Source: Macrostomum lignano
Lineage: Eukaryota
DNA length: 64,000 nt
Assembly: GCA_002269645.1 (NCBI GenBank)
Contig: NIVC01001226.1
Coordinates: 1-64,000 of the forward strand
Direction: 5' to 3'
Shown: positions 61,856-64,000 of the stretch, piece after piece
Position numbering within the stretch: position 1 is the stretch's first letter
Layout of the letters: each line of letters opens with the position of its first letter
Program-made: the position numbers and the translations under genes
The notes under the pieces: model-generated
Database searches by the model: none
Told to the model about the DNA's origin: nothing
The model's input: only the letters and a program-made list of their open reading frames with translations

Positions 61856-61927
61856 TAGAGGTCGGACGGGATTGCAATCTTCGGGCGGGATCGGGATTTA
61901 GGGATCGCGGATCCCGTCCGACCTCTA
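61856..61927. mobile_element. Tiny MITE-like hairpin with a perfect 17-bp inverted repeat
   Basis: TAGAGGTCGGACGGGAT (61856-61872) and ATCCCGTCCGACCTCTA (61911-61927) enclose repeated GGGAT motifs. Confidence 0.55.
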
Positions 61928-62410
61928 CTGTATTGGTCACGCTCTTAGATAAGTTAAAGAATCCATGAGATGAAGAGCGCGCAATAAATAGGTACGAAGG
62001 TAAAGAGACAATTAAAGAGCTAAGCAAACATAAATGGTAAGCAGGAACTTGAATTTGGTCAACTACATGTAATATTACAGGTATGAGAAACTACTGTTAG
62101 TTGGAATTCGCAGTATTGAAAAGTGCTTTAAAAATGAATCCTAATTAGAAGTTGTTCCAAAACTGACGATAATCTTACAAGAATTGGAAAAAAACTGTGA
62201 AAATGAGTTGCATGTTAGATTTAAATTTTTAATCACTGCTTTTTTTCAATAGTCTTCACTAATAGTGTCGACTTGCAGATCGCTGAAGCAAACCGCAGTC
62301 TCACTGAAGCATGAACTTCACCCAGTCATCGCTGTTCTCGATCTCCTGCTCAAACCTGGGCGTCACTGAACTGCAGCAGTCGGCATTTGCGAAGGCTTTT
62401 GTTGTACAGC

Positions 62411-63216
62411 ACAACAACAACAACAACAACAACAAAATACGCGGCCCCGCAAGCAAAGTCAGTTAGAGCAGGGCGCGTCAGATAGCGCGCCGCAGAGCCT
62501 GGGAGCGAACGAAATCCGCTCCGTTGGCAGTGTCGGGCGCCCCAGCGTCGCACAGCAGGCAGTCCACGTATCGACGGGTTCGGGCCTGACCCCGCCTGAA
62601 CGGGCCCTGCAAGGTGAGCAGCAGGACGTCCTGAACGGGTTGGGGCAGTAGCCCTCGGCCCAGATCACGTGGCCCGCCAGTTGGAGTCGCCGTCGGCGCA
62701 GGATGGTGGACGGGCGCTGCAGCTTGGCCCGATCGTACAGGGCCTCGGTCCCGACGCTCTCGTCAGCTCGAAAGGCCGCACGGAGCAGCCCTGAGTGCGC
62801 CGAGTCCAGCTGCCGCTCCAACGTAGCCGTCAGCGTCCACGTCTCGGCGTTGTAGAGCAGGACGGTTTTGACCACCGCCTGCCACAGCCGAGCCCTCTGG
62901 CGGTCGGGCAGCGCTTCGGACTGGAGGACGGGTCGGATCGAACGAAAGGCCACCCAGGCAAGTCCTCTGCGCCGCCGGAGGTCTTCTTCCACGTGGGGCA
63001 CCAGACCGCCGAGGTAGGTGAACCGCTGGCAGCGTGCGAGCCTGGTCGTCTGCCCGTCTGCGCCGCGGCATGTCAGGTCTGCTGGGATGTCGGCCGGCAC
63101 AGTCAGCACCTCGGTCTTTAGCGTGTTGACAACCAGACCGACGCTCGATGCTACCTCGACCAACCTGTCGATCTGGCGTTGGGCGCCTCCAACAGACGAG
63201 GACAGGAGGGCGAGGT
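62411..63216 (-). mobile_element. 5'-truncated RTE-clade non-LTR retrotransposon (RT thumb and C-terminus)
   Basis: LALLSS..GLVVNTLKTEV..FTYLGG..VLLYNAETWTLT..RRRRLQLAGHVI, with a 1-bp frameshift near 62640 and a (TTG)n 3' tail at 62411-62435. Confidence 0.85.
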
Positions 63217-64000
63217 TGCCAGTTTAAAGTGGTCCCGCAAAAGGGCCGTTGGACTACAATTTTCCTTACAATTTCTCATTTAAAATTTCCAATTGTGTAT
63301 TCTCACGTTTACTTGTAGTAGCGCGCAACTAATCTGTATCAATTGCTAAATCACTGCGTACTTTGTAAGCTTTGCGTACGGCTGTAGGGTCTTGCGCGAT
63401 CGATAATTTCTGTTTCTTGTTTTTCCCTCGGCAGCCAATGATAACTCTCCGCATATATTATGTTAACCCTCCTGCGCTCCTTTATTAACCCCGCCTGGCG
63501 GCGGGCTAGGGGTTTCTTCGCTTTTGTTCTGGCGTTCCTCCTTTTCCTTCTCTCTCTCCTTATCTCTCGCCACGGCTCCACTCTGTCTGGGCCAGACTGT
63601 CTGCGCGCTCTTGCTCTACTGTGTACTGCCACGGGCCGACGCCCAATCTCGCCCACTTTGTCTGTTTGCCTACTTGTTACTCACTGCCAACACTGTGCTC
63701 ACAGCCGTCACTTGCTACTCGGCTCCATCCCCATTATCATCATCTACTCAACTTAATCATCTATACGACTAAATTACATCAACCCATTGTTGCAGCCGCC
63801 AGTGCCCCATAACGTCATAAGCTTCTGTACGAATATTAAACATTGATAATTATAAACCAGTTGGCGTCGTTTGTTACGAGTATCTACCGCCATTGCCAAG
63901 TGCTACCGCTACAAACTCTACTCTGCCATTGTTGAGTTCACCATCCTTTTGGGACTAATAACGTCAGTACTCTCGTCAAACGGCGCTTTTGAGGGCTATA

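Noticed and set aside
63340-64000. Short ORFs and a possible retroelement 5' UTR or LTR
   Set aside because: No recognisable motif, terminal repeat or primer-binding site within the window.

Overview
Eukaryotic (spliceosomal GT-AG introns, GC3-rich exons, minisatellite-filled introns) invertebrate genomic DNA; the style resembles the flatworm Macrostomum, but that is inference only. Positions 1-44553 are a head-to-tail tandem segmental amplification of a ~16.3-17.5 kb unit, with junctions at 10746/10747 and 27033/27034 and the array ending at 44553. Each unit carries a 5'-truncated equilibrative nucleoside transporter gene (+), a complete 8-exon zinc carboxypeptidase B-like gene (+, 435 aa) and the 3' exons of a RUSC-like RUN-domain gene (-). 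The breakpoint joins a RUN-gene exon to an ENT exon and creates an ATG-initiated chimeric RUN ORF. Right of the array lie the uninterrupted RUN-gene exon, a complete 6-exon salt-inducible kinase gene (-, 866 aa) and a 5'-truncated RTE-type retrotransposon. The window also holds several 8-bp-TSD MITEs (one specific to a single unit), a CORE-type SINE, an exon-derived 87-bp minisatellite that repeats a splice acceptor, and more than a dozen distinct tandem-repeat arrays. No rRNA, tRNA or CRISPR array is supported.
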